Positions 26,621-35,244 of a stretch of 64,000 nucleotides of DNA are shown piece after piece; position 1 is the first letter of the stretch, and each line of letters begins with the position of its first letter. Where the stretch lies: contig CAZVLB010000004.1 of assembly GCA_964627935.1 (NCBI GenBank), positions 153,842 through 217,841 on the forward strand. The letters are read 5' to 3'. The DNA is from an uncultured Ignavibacteria bacterium (GTDB taxonomy: Bacteria; Zixibacteria; MSB-5A5; JAABVY01). The notes under the pieces were generated by a model. The model was not told the origin of the DNA, ran no database searches, and saw only the letters and a list, made by a program, of their open reading frames with translations. Made by a program: the position numbers and the translations under genes.

Positions 26621-27232
26621 TTAATCGTCTGCCTCATCGAGATTTAATCGTTTTCGAAACCTTTCCATAAGCTCCCATCTACAGCAAAACAACATTCTGA
26701 GATGGAAACTAAAGCGTATCAGTGATTCATTATCAAACCAAATCGGAAGATCATAATCATAAAATGGGAGGTTTGCTTCAGGTGGTGTTGAATGTGGTTT
26801 GCCAAATGTTTGAACACAGTTAATAAGATATTCCTCCATTATAACTTCAAGCGGATTTGGATAATCCTCAAGCATTGTAAAACCACCGCCAATAAAAAGC
26901 TGAAGATTTACTACCTTGTTATTCTTGAAAAACAAATATATGTTAGGTCTTATCTTGATCTCATACCTGTGGTCCTCCTTTGGAAATAGAGAAAAGTCCT
27001 CAAGCGCATCAATTTTGGGTTTATATATCTTGTAAATAGCCTCCCCCTTTTGACTGCCAGCAATTTTTCTCGATAGCCAGTTAAGCTTACTGATTTTGGC
27101 CTCGTCGAGCCACTTCTCAGTCAGGATGGACGAGCTACTATCAACCGCTTTTATGAACCCCTCTGGATCAATTTCTTCAGCCAGTTTCAATGGCACTTCA
27201 TTAATGCGCAGGTTAAGATCATGCATTACCAC
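26621..27232 (-). CDS. hypothetical protein
   Basis: 203-aa ORF with coding-like composition and no recognisable motifs. Confidence 0.4.
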   Translation of the reverse strand: MVMHDLNLRINEVPLKLAEEIDPEGFIKAVDSSSSILTEKWLDEAKISKLNWLSRKIAGSQKGEAIYKIYKPKIDALEDFSLFPKEDHRYEIKIRPNIYLFFKNNKVVNLQLFIGGGFTMLEDYPNPLEVIMEEYLINCVQTFGKPHSTPPEANLPFYDYDLPIWFDNESLIRFSFHLRMLFCCRWELMERFRKRLNLDEADD

Positions 27233-27327
27233 CCTCTTTTTCTATGGTTCATTTTTTAGTATAATTAATATCTGTTGAAATGTAAATATATAATAGCTAT
27301 GATGGTCTACTTAGCAGAATTAAAATA

Positions 27328-27361
27328 AAAAAAGCGCCCCCATATTTGAGAGCGCTTTTAT
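27328..27361 (-). terminator. possible rho-independent terminator after peroxiredoxin gene
   Basis: Palindrome AAAAGCGC…GCGCTTTT followed by a U-run on the minus-strand transcript, 13 nt after the stop. The stem is short. Confidence 0.35.
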
Positions 27362-27376
27362 GAAGAAGATTAATAT

Positions 27377-27985
27377 CTATTTTTCTTTGGGTTGCCAGAC
27401 TTTCCAGACTTTGCCGACAAGGTCGGGGCCCGGCTTGAGTGTCTGGTCGCCAGGTTCCCATCCGGCCGGAGTGGCCTCGGCACCCTTGGTTTTTCTGACA
27501 TGCTGGAAAGCGTGGATCTGGCGAAGGGTCTCGGCGAATTTCCGTCCCACAGGCGGAGTCAGGACCTCCATGGCCTGGATCACACCATCCGGATCGATCA
27601 GAAACCGTCCGCGAATATTCACGCCGTTCGGTTCATCATATACGCCATAGACCCGGCCCAGGTTACCGGCACCATCGGAAACCATCGGCCAGGGAATACC
27701 GTCCTTGGTCATTTTGGAAAGCTCATCTTCTACCCAGATTTTATGAACGAAAGCGCTGTCGGTTGAAACTGAAAGGACCTCGACACCGAGTTCCTTGAGT
27801 TTATCATGCTGAGCGGCGACCGCCGCTATCTCGGTCGGTCAGACAAAGGTAAAATCGCCCGGATAGAAGCATATCAGCACCCATTTGCCCAGGTAATCCG
27901 ATAGCTTGACATTGATAAATTCTCCCTTAAAATATGCGGGGGCCTCGAAATCGGGGGCCTTGCCGCCTACTCTTGCGGTTGCCAT
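27377..27985 (-). CDS. peroxiredoxin (AhpC/Prx1 subfamily) with in-frame UGA (putative selenocysteine) at the peroxidatic position
   Basis: The tracks 27839..28099 and 27377..27712 are in the same frame, separated only by TGA at 27839-27841. The joined translation is a canonical Prx: '[11 protein letters not shown]…[14 protein letters not shown][U][35 protein letters not shown]…[10 protein letters not shown]…[13 protein letters not shown]…[12 protein letters not shown]'. The TGA replaces the Cys of the FTFVCPTE motif. The likely start is the internal ATG at 27985 ([13 protein letters not shown]); the ORF could extend to 28099. Confidence 0.7.
27785..27835 (-). promoter_or_regulatory. bacterial SECIS-like stem-loop immediately 3' of the in-frame UGA
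   Basis: mRNA: UGA CCG ACCGAG AU AGCGGC-GGUC-GCCGCU CAGCAUGAUAAACUCAAGGAA CUCGGU. The upper 6-bp helix has apical loop GGUC, the same loop sequence as the E. coli fdhF SECIS minihelix. It starts 14 nt after UGA. A lower helix ACCGAG/CUCGGU is also present. Confidence 0.55.
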
Positions 27986-28285
27986 CTTTTTTTCACCCAC
28001 TTTCTCTTCTTGTACTGTTTTTTCTTCAGGTTCGGCTGTCTCGCCGATTACACTTCCGGTCGGCCTTGCACATCCGACAGGCTTATCCGACATAAGCACC
28101 TCCTGTGTGATTAAAAAAACTGAGTATAGCTATGCGCTTTATTTTCAATTTCTGATATGCCGTTTAACATATTCTTTAAATCAAGGTAAAAAAATCATAC
28201 TGCGCAATCAGAAAATGGAAATATCGGTGGGGTAAAACCGATCCATATTGTAAAGTATAAGTGCTGTTTTGCGGAAATCTGCGGC

Positions 28286-29524
28286 TTAATTTGCAGCGGA
28301 GACAGTTGCCACTCTGTCCAGCTCAGTTCTTACCGCTGTGGCTATGGTATGCTTGTTGAATGGCTTGCGGATAAATGTCCCGGCGCCGAGTTTCTGAGCC
28401 TGAAGTACGTGCTCAGTCTCCGCAAAGCCGGACACAATAATTGCCTTCTGTCCCGGTGTAATCTCGAGTACCCGCCTGTAGGTCTGCGCGCCGTTCATAC
28501 CGGGAGGCATGATCATATCCAGGATCAGAAGATCATATTGCTTTTTGCGAATATAACGAAGGGCGCTTTCCCCATTTTCAGCGGTTTCAACCTCGTACCC
28601 GAGAGTTTTCAGAATCTGCGAGGATACATCACGTTGCACCTCATCATCATCGATTATCAGGATACGTTCATGACCGCCCTTTACATCTCTTGAATGCGGA
28701 TGGTCCTTTGACATTCGTGTGACCGGAAAATAGATGAAGAATGATGTGCCCTCACCGACTTTTGTCGCAAGATCGATGTAACCATTATGATCTTTCACGA
28801 CCGCATCGACCACACTCATGCCGAGCCCTGATCCCCGGCGTTTATCGGCGATTTTCGAGGTGAAGAAGGGATCGAATATTTTATTTACGATCTCATCGGG
28901 AATTCCGCAACCGGTATCGCTGATTGTCAGCTTGACATATTCGCCCATCGGTACGCGGCTGTATTGCACCGATTCGCTATCTACGTAGCAGTTTTCTGTC
29001 TTGATGGTAATCGTGCCGATATCCTGCATGGCATCACGGGCATTGGCCACCAGGTTGCTGATAACTCGATGTATCTGCGCCCTGCCGCCCATGATATCCA
29101 TCAGATCGTCGAACAGGTCCAAATCAAATGCCAGAGTTCCGGAATTGAGATTGATTTCTGAAGTAACATGATATACTATCGTGTTAAGATTCAAAATTTC
29201 CTGATTGTAGTGTCCGCGCCTGCCCATTGTCAGAAGATCCTGGTTGATATCGGCGATCTTCCTGGCGGCCTGCTCGATCTGGTCAACATAGGCTAACACG
29301 GTATGATTTTTGGGAAGATCCTCACGGATTAAATCCGGGTAGGCCATTAAGGGCGCCAGCAGGTTATTGAAATCATGAGCCACCTGTCCAGCAATTGTGC
29401 CGGCTGTCTCCAGCCTTTCGGCACGAGACTCGAGAGCGCGCAGACGTTTTGTCTCGCTAATATCCGAACAGAATGCGAGATACAGGTCACCCTCGAGTTG
29501 CACGGCTTCCAGGTCCACCTCCAC
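28286..29524 (-). CDS. HisKA-HATPase-REC C-terminal portion of a hybrid sensor kinase (same frame as upstream multi-PAS ORF; no independent ATG)
   Basis: 412 aa. 'HDFNNLLAPLMAYPDL' H-box, HATPase 'GSGLGMSVVDAVVKDHNGYIDL', REC 'ILIIDDDEVQRD…DLLILDMIMPPGMNG'. It is paralogous to the C-terminus of the 5605..8997 kinase. The ORF-track 'M' is GTG, 6 codons after an in-frame TAA. Confidence 0.7.
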   Translation of the reverse strand: MEVDLEAVQLEGDLYLAFCSDISETKRLRALESRAERLETAGTIAGQVAHDFNNLLAPLMAYPDLIREDLPKNHTVLAYVDQIEQAARKIADINQDLLTMGRRGHYNQEILNLNTIVYHVTSEINLNSGTLAFDLDLFDDLMDIMGGRAQIHRVISNLVANARDAMQDIGTITIKTENCYVDSESVQYSRVPMGEYVKLTISDTGCGIPDEIVNKIFDPFFTSKIADKRRGSGLGMSVVDAVVKDHNGYIDLATKVGEGTSFFIYFPVTRMSKDHPHSRDVKGGHERILIIDDDEVQRDVSSQILKTLGYEVETAENGESALRYIRKKQYDLLILDMIMPPGMNGAQTYRRVLEITPGQKAIIVSGFAETEHVLQAQKLGAGTFIRKPFNKHTIATAVRTELDRVATVSAAN

Positions 29525-29542
29525 AGGACTGCCATCTTTACG

Positions 29543-32326
29543 TTAGAGGCGCATTTCACGGCGCAGGTAGCCTTGCTTTTTCAACTCTGCATATGCAACC
29601 ATGGCCGATCTGCCATGCTCAAGTACCGGAAGATCATTTATCGATTTGCCGATAATCTCATCACGGTCATAGCCGAGCATTTTGCAGGCGGAGCCATTGA
29701 CTTCGACATAACGGCCCTCGCTATCGGTCACCATAATGGCGATGGGAGAATTATTTATATATGTGCGATACTTGTTTTCACTTCTGCGAAGCTCATCCAG
29801 CAATCTGTCACGTTCAGTCAATGACCGGGCCAGCTTGATATTGCCATGGCTGAGAGATGAGATTAGCTCGCTCAGCTTGGAATAGAATTCCATCACAGCT
29901 TCAATTGTATCATTGTTCCAGCGCGGCATCTTTTCCAGGGCTTTAATATAATCGTCTTCATCGAATTTGTATTTGCGGGCCTGCTTCCTGAAAAGATCAT
30001 ATTCGATCTGTTCATCTTCGAGCAGGAACTGGCCCAGGAAAAGATTGCCCAGATGTTTCCCGCCCACCATAATCGGCATGGCAATATCGCGTAAACCATT
30101 CTTGCAACGATAGGATCTGAATGAGCCGGGTTCAACACCCTTTGAAAGAATCATATCGCTTTCGATGCAGTTTTTGTGGGTTTCCGGATGAGCCCTGTGG
30201 AATTTTGTGCAGATCTCCTGCCAGTCGGTTCCTATGAGCACATTGCCATCAAGATCGATTATTCCCACCCCTATTTTAGTCAGTTTATGGAAGCTTTCCA
30301 TCAATGACTGAACAGTATCTATATCAATAACATCCGCCAACTCCAGTTCACCGATATCGCCGTCGGGCTCCATAATCGCCGCGAGTTTTCTCCTGACCCG
30401 CTGCTCGCTTTCACGCAAGGCCCGCTCGGCTTCGATTCGGTCGGTGATATCAACATGAGTACCCATGGTTCTGACCGGATTGCCCCCTTCATTACATATG
30501 ACCGAAGCCTGCGACATGATCCAGCGGTAAGAACCGTCCTTGTGACGGAACCTGAATTCAACCTGGTAATTGGGAGTCTTACTGTTAATATAGTTGTTAA
30601 TTTTATTCAGAACATCAGGCAGATCGTCGGGATGAACGCGGCTTTCCCATTCATCATAGTTATCACCGATCTCATGATCCTCATAACCGATCTGGCTCTT
30701 CCATTCCTCAGAATAGTGAATCTTGTTGGTTTTCAGATCCCAGTCCCAGAGGCCCACATTACCCGCTTTGACTGCCGCTTCCTGGCGCAGAACAGCCTCG
30801 TGGATTTTTTCTTCCGCCTGCCGTTCATCAGTAATATCGCGATTCAGGCCGATCATCCTGACCGTATTGCCGGCATTATCACGAACCACCAGGCCATCGG
30901 CCTTGAGCAGTTTCACCGTGCCGTCAGGATGAAGGACCCTGAATTCGGTATCAAATTTGTCTTCCCCGCGCAGTGCGGCCTCACATAATGCAATAGCCTG
31001 TTCAGCATCATCCGGGTGAAGCCCGTTTTTCCAGACCTCCACATTGCCTGTAAACCGTTCCGGAGTGACACCGTAAAGTTCGAACATACGTTCATCCCAG
31101 ATCATCTTATTGTTGATGATATCCCAGTCCCAGACACCAAGTTTGGCCGATTCCGTGGCAAGTTGAAGTCGACGGATAGTATCCTTTAATTCCAGCTCCA
31201 TTTTCTTACGTGTGGTGGTTACCTCCGTGTAGGTAATAATTCCGCCGATTGAACCATCGGATTTATACCAGGGGCGGCATTCCCAGCGATTATATGTTAT
31301 TGAACCGTCCTGACGCACAAAGAAATCATCATCATTGCGCTCAATAGCTCCCTCAAGACAGTGTTGATGAATGTCTCTCCATTTTTGAGGCATCTCCGGG
31401 AAGACCTCATAATGATGCTTGCCGATGATATCCTTGTCCCTTACGCTGTAATCCTCAAGGTAACGATCACTTACGGCTATATAGTGAAGGTTATTATCGT
31501 AAACTGCAACGGCATTGGGATCATGCTTGAGTATGTATCGCGGATTTTCTTCGCTTTCGCGAAGAGCCCTGATAGAATTCTCCCGCTCGGTAGTATCATA
31601 GATTATTGAATATAGAAACTTCTTGCCGTTGGAAACAAATGGGCTGGAATGCACTTCGACATCGCGAATTTCCCCTGAGGCAAGACGATGGCAGAATTTA
31701 AACATGCCCTTTTTTTTATTTGCGGCCTTCTGCATTTCATCATGAACCGCAGATTCCTCCAGTGTATTGATTTCCTGAATTCGCTTGCTGATCAATTCAT
31801 CCCGGGGGTAGCCATAAAACTCTACCGCCGCCGAATTTGCATCCACTATCTCTCCGCTGGAGGGATCTATCAGGAGCTTGACCGTGCGGTTTTTCTCGAA
31901 CATCGCCCGATAACGATCTTCACTTTCCCTTAATGAATCCTCGGCCTTTTTATAATCTGTAAAATCGGTCAGGACCCCGTTCCAAACAATGGAACCATCC
32001 TCCTGACGATGCGGATTCGAGTTTCCCTTGATCCAGATAATCCCGTTATCCGGAGCAATAACTCTGAATTCAAGATTCCAGGTTGTGAGGTTTGAAGCAG
32101 ATTCACTGAAAGCCCGCTTGAAATATTCTAGGTCGTCCGGATGTATAAAATCAAAAATCCTATTCGCGTCCCGCATCAGATATTCTGCCTTGATACCCGT
32201 CGGTTCATCCAGCGCATTGCTCATATATGGAATGGAAATTGAACCATCAGCATGCTGCACGAATTGAAACACGCATCCGGGAACGGATTGTATGATGTCA
32301 AGCAGTTGATTCTTCGTTACCGACAC
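29543..32326 (-). CDS. multi-PAS/PAC sensor N-terminal portion (terminated by in-frame TAA at 29543-29545)
   Basis: 927 aa with at least six PAS/PAC repeats ('WDWDIINNKMIWDERMF…', 'WDWDLKTNKIHYSEEW…', 'FRHKDGSYRWI…'). No output domain of its own. It ends …EMRL* in the middle of a PAS fold that continues in the downstream ORF (RKDGSPVEVDL…). Confidence 0.7.
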   Translation of the reverse strand: MSVTKNQLLDIIQSVPGCVFQFVQHADGSISIPYMSNALDEPTGIKAEYLMRDANRIFDFIHPDDLEYFKRAFSESASNLTTWNLEFRVIAPDNGIIWIKGNSNPHRQEDGSIVWNGVLTDFTDYKKAEDSLRESEDRYRAMFEKNRTVKLLIDPSSGEIVDANSAAVEFYGYPRDELISKRIQEINTLEESAVHDEMQKAANKKKGMFKFCHRLASGEIRDVEVHSSPFVSNGKKFLYSIIYDTTERENSIRALRESEENPRYILKHDPNAVAVYDNNLHYIAVSDRYLEDYSVRDKDIIGKHHYEVFPEMPQKWRDIHQHCLEGAIERNDDDFFVRQDGSITYNRWECRPWYKSDGSIGGIITYTEVTTTRKKMELELKDTIRRLQLATESAKLGVWDWDIINNKMIWDERMFELYGVTPERFTGNVEVWKNGLHPDDAEQAIALCEAALRGEDKFDTEFRVLHPDGTVKLLKADGLVVRDNAGNTVRMIGLNRDITDERQAEEKIHEAVLRQEAAVKAGNVGLWDWDLKTNKIHYSEEWKSQIGYEDHEIGDNYDEWESRVHPDDLPDVLNKINNYINSKTPNYQVEFRFRHKDGSYRWIMSQASVICNEGGNPVRTMGTHVDITDRIEAERALRESEQRVRRKLAAIMEPDGDIGELELADVIDIDTVQSLMESFHKLTKIGVGIIDLDGNVLIGTDWQEICTKFHRAHPETHKNCIESDMILSKGVEPGSFRSYRCKNGLRDIAMPIMVGGKHLGNLFLGQFLLEDEQIEYDLFRKQARKYKFDEDDYIKALEKMPRWNNDTIEAVMEFYSKLSELISSLSHGNIKLARSLTERDRLLDELRRSENKYRTYINNSPIAIMVTDSEGRYVEVNGSACKMLGYDRDEIIGKSINDLPVLEHGRSAMVAYAELKKQGYLRREMRL

Positions 32327-32673
32327 AATCTAAATCCAAATTGAATAATTTATTGCCCTCTTTTTAGCTAACCGCTAGATAACACTATCAGTGTCGGCAA
32401 AATTGATGAAAATTTTCACAGCTGTGGATGAAGTTATCTGTTCTTTACGTATTTTTTATGCGCAATGCACGATATGAGACATAAAACCGCGGTTTTGAAA
32501 AAATACCGGATAAAAATTGTTTGGAATACTGAGATTTTTGTCTTATATAGAGGATTAACGGGGTTTTTCAATCAATACCCCTGATACATGAAGAGCTGAC
32601 AATGGCTGCTTCATAGATCAATACTGCTCGTTGCGCTTGCATTAAGAAATAATCTGAAGTTTGGAGGAGAGAT

Positions 32674-33783
32674 ATGCAAAAACTGTTAATGCTTTTAATT
32701 ACAGCCTTTTTTATTTGCCTGTTGATGCCGCATGCTGATGCCCAGATCGGGATCGAGAATGAATTCATGCCGCAGGGGGGAAGAATACTTGACCAGTATC
32801 TGGATGAGCAGTTTGAGGCCGTCATTTATAACGACGTGACCCTGCCATCCGGCGGTCCCCATGAATTCGATCTGTCGGATGCAAATTTTGAGCATGAGGC
32901 AATCGGGACTGTCGTGGATAAGTCTTCAGCGCCATTGAATAGTGAATTCTCCAGTGCCAACCTGGTGGTCAGATATGTACCCGCTACGGGTGAGGCAGAT
33001 ACAATCTACAGCTTTTCTGAATCAACCAACAGTATATTCCGCGACCTCGGTACGGTTTTTACCTCTTCGCGGGCCGGGATAATACTGCGCAAATATACAA
33101 GCGCCGATCCGCATTATAATTTCCCTATAAACTATGGTGATCAATGGATCGTGGAAAGAACGCTGGTTGAAGAATACTCGGCGGATAGTTACCAGGAAGT
33201 GAAAGACTCATTTTCCTATGATGTCGATGCCTGGGGATCGGCCAAATACAATGACAATATATTCCCCTGCCTGAGGCTCAGCTACACACGCAAATCTGTT
33301 AACAGCTTTTACAGCCAGGGTATGCTTATCAGCCAGACAGTAAATAATTCCGAGGGTGCGGAATTCATTGGGGAAGGTTTCCAGTTTCTGGCGGCGGTGG
33401 AGAAAACAACTTTTGGCAGAAGCACTACTTATACAGCCACTGCCAGCGGTGAATTTGCCGATATCGTGACCGGCATAAGGGAAAATCAAACCAGTACCTT
33501 GCCCGAAAACTATGAGCTTTCACAGAATTATCCGAATCCATTCAATCCCACCACCGAAATTCAGTTCAGCCTGCCAAAAAGCTCGGCAGTCGAGCTTGCG
33601 GTTTACAACATGCTTGGACAGAAGATAAATACGCTGGTCAAGCAGGCGCTCGATGCGGGCACATATACAGTTGACTGGAACGGTAACAATAGCGCCGGTA
33701 ATCCGGTAGCAACAGGAGTTTACTTTTATCGCCTGACTGTTGGTGAACACAGTGAAGCCAGGAAGATGCTGCTCCTGAAATAA
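32674..33783 (+). CDS. secreted protein with T9SS C-terminal sorting domain
   Basis: 369 aa. Signal peptide 'MQKLLMLLITAFFICLLMPHADA'. C-terminal 'LSQNYPNPFNPTTEIQFSLPKSS…GVYFYRLTVGEHSEARKMLLLK'. RBS GGAGGAG sits 7 nt upstream. Confidence 0.7.
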   Translation: MQKLLMLLITAFFICLLMPHADAQIGIENEFMPQGGRILDQYLDEQFEAVIYNDVTLPSGGPHEFDLSDANFEHEAIGTVVDKSSAPLNSEFSSANLVVRYVPATGEADTIYSFSESTNSIFRDLGTVFTSSRAGIILRKYTSADPHYNFPINYGDQWIVERTLVEEYSADSYQEVKDSFSYDVDAWGSAKYNDNIFPCLRLSYTRKSVNSFYSQGMLISQTVNNSEGAEFIGEGFQFLAAVEKTTFGRSTTYTATASGEFADIVTGIRENQTSTLPENYELSQNYPNPFNPTTEIQFSLPKSSAVELAVYNMLGQKINTLVKQALDAGTYTVDWNGNNSAGNPVATGVYFYRLTVGEHSEARKMLLLK

Positions 33784-33823
33784 AATCACATTGATCCATT
33801 ACTCGAAATCTTGAGGAGATAAT

Positions 33824-35227
33824 TTGATGTTTGATCAGAAAGTGATAGATTCTTTTTCACAGTTAATGCGCGGAAAGATACTGACGGCCAATGATTCGGA
33901 CTACGATTCCGCGCGCAAGATATGGAACGCGATGATCGATTGCAGGCCGGGCCTGATTGCACAATGTAAAGGCACCGCGGATATCGTGAATGCCGTTAAA
34001 TTTGCATGCGACAACAATGCCCTTGTTTCGATAAGGGGGGGAGGGCATGGCGTCGCCGGAAAAGCGGTATGCGATGACGGCCTGATGATCGATCTGTCGC
34101 AGATGAAAGCGGTACGGGTGGATCCGGTTGCCAAAACCGCACTGGTACAGGCCGGGGCCAGGCTTCGTGATCTCGATCATGAAAGCCAGGTATTCGGACT
34201 GGCCACAACCAGTGGCCTTGTCTCTGAAACAGGTTTGGCCGGATTGACGCTGGGCGGCGGATTCGGTTACCTGGCGCGTAAATACGGCCTGACCCTGGAT
34301 AACCTGGTTTCCGCAGATGTCATTACTGCCGATGGCAAATTACTGCGCGCAAGTGAAAACGAAAATCCTGATCTGTTCTGGGCCATACGCGGAGGCGGGG
34401 GGAATTTTGGAATCGTATCTTCATTTGAATTCCAGCTTCATGAGGTCGGTCCTGAGGTATATGTGGCACAGGTATTTTATCCCATGAGTGACGCCGGGAA
34501 TGTGCTTAAGTCATATCGAGAGATTATGGCCGATGCTCCCGATGAGTTCGCATGTTACGCCATGATTGCCAATGTCCCGCCTGTGGAACCGTTCCCGCAG
34601 GAATATCATGGCAAAACCACAATCGCCATGATCGCATGCTATACAGGCGCAATGGATAGGGGTGAGGCCCTGATGAAACCGTTGACCGAACTTGGATCAC
34701 CGATTCTGCAAGTGGTCGGTCCGATGCCCTACACTGCATTGCAACAAACTTTCGACGCCGGTGCGCCCAGCGGCGGACGCTATTACTGGAAAGCGCATTA
34801 TGCCAATCAAATCTCAGACGATGCCATAGAAAAAATCATCCGCCATTCCGATCCCTTGCCGGGACCATATTCGCTGGTCGGTATCGAACCGTTGGGCGGC
34901 GCAATCAGCAGGGTTGATCCTGATGCGACAGCATTTGCAAACCGGGATGCCATGTTTGGAATTGGATACTGGGCCGGATGGATCGATCCCTCCGATGATG
35001 ACCGCAGTATCGAATGGACCCGTGATTTCTACAATGCTATGTCGCCGCATTCGATTAATGGCGTCTATTCCAATTATCTCGACCAGGATGACGGCGAGAG
35101 GATTAAGGATTCATACGGAAGCCATTATGATCGTCTGCAAAAGATCAAAGCGAAATATGACCCGGATAATTTCTTCAGGCAAAATCAGAATATCAAACCG
35201 AAATCAAAGGTCGGAGCAACAGCCTGA
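33824..35227 (+). CDS. FAD-linked oxidoreductase (PCMH-type FAD-binding, berberine-bridge-enzyme-like)
   Basis: 467 aa. FAD_binding_4 signatures 'IRGGGHGVAGKAVCDDGLMIDLSQM' and 'RGGGGNFGIVSSFEF'. BBE-like C-terminus 'YSNYLDQDD…KAKYDPDNFFRQNQNI'. Confidence 0.8.
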   Translation: MMFDQKVIDSFSQLMRGKILTANDSDYDSARKIWNAMIDCRPGLIAQCKGTADIVNAVKFACDNNALVSIRGGGHGVAGKAVCDDGLMIDLSQMKAVRVDPVAKTALVQAGARLRDLDHESQVFGLATTSGLVSETGLAGLTLGGGFGYLARKYGLTLDNLVSADVITADGKLLRASENENPDLFWAIRGGGGNFGIVSSFEFQLHEVGPEVYVAQVFYPMSDAGNVLKSYREIMADAPDEFACYAMIANVPPVEPFPQEYHGKTTIAMIACYTGAMDRGEALMKPLTELGSPILQVVGPMPYTALQQTFDAGAPSGGRYYWKAHYANQISDDAIEKIIRHSDPLPGPYSLVGIEPLGGAISRVDPDATAFANRDAMFGIGYWAGWIDPSDDDRSIEWTRDFYNAMSPHSINGVYSNYLDQDDGERIKDSYGSHYDRLQKIKAKYDPDNFFRQNQNIKPKSKVGATA

Positions 35228-35244
35228 GGAGATGGGAATAATTC

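Noticed and set aside
27839-28099. Interpreting the TGA at 27839 as a genuine stop producing a truncated 86-aa N-terminal Prx fragment and a separate 111-aa C-terminal fragment
   Set aside because: The downstream fragment is in frame with no RBS. The UGA replaces exactly the catalytic Cys codon and is followed by a SECIS-like hairpin, so recoding is the more parsimonious reading.
28286-32326. Treating the 927-aa PAS ORF and the 412-aa kinase ORF as two ordinary independent genes
   Set aside because: They share one frame. The downstream ORF has no ATG and no RBS, and the TAA falls inside a PAS domain that continues across it. I treat them as one interrupted gene (see finding).
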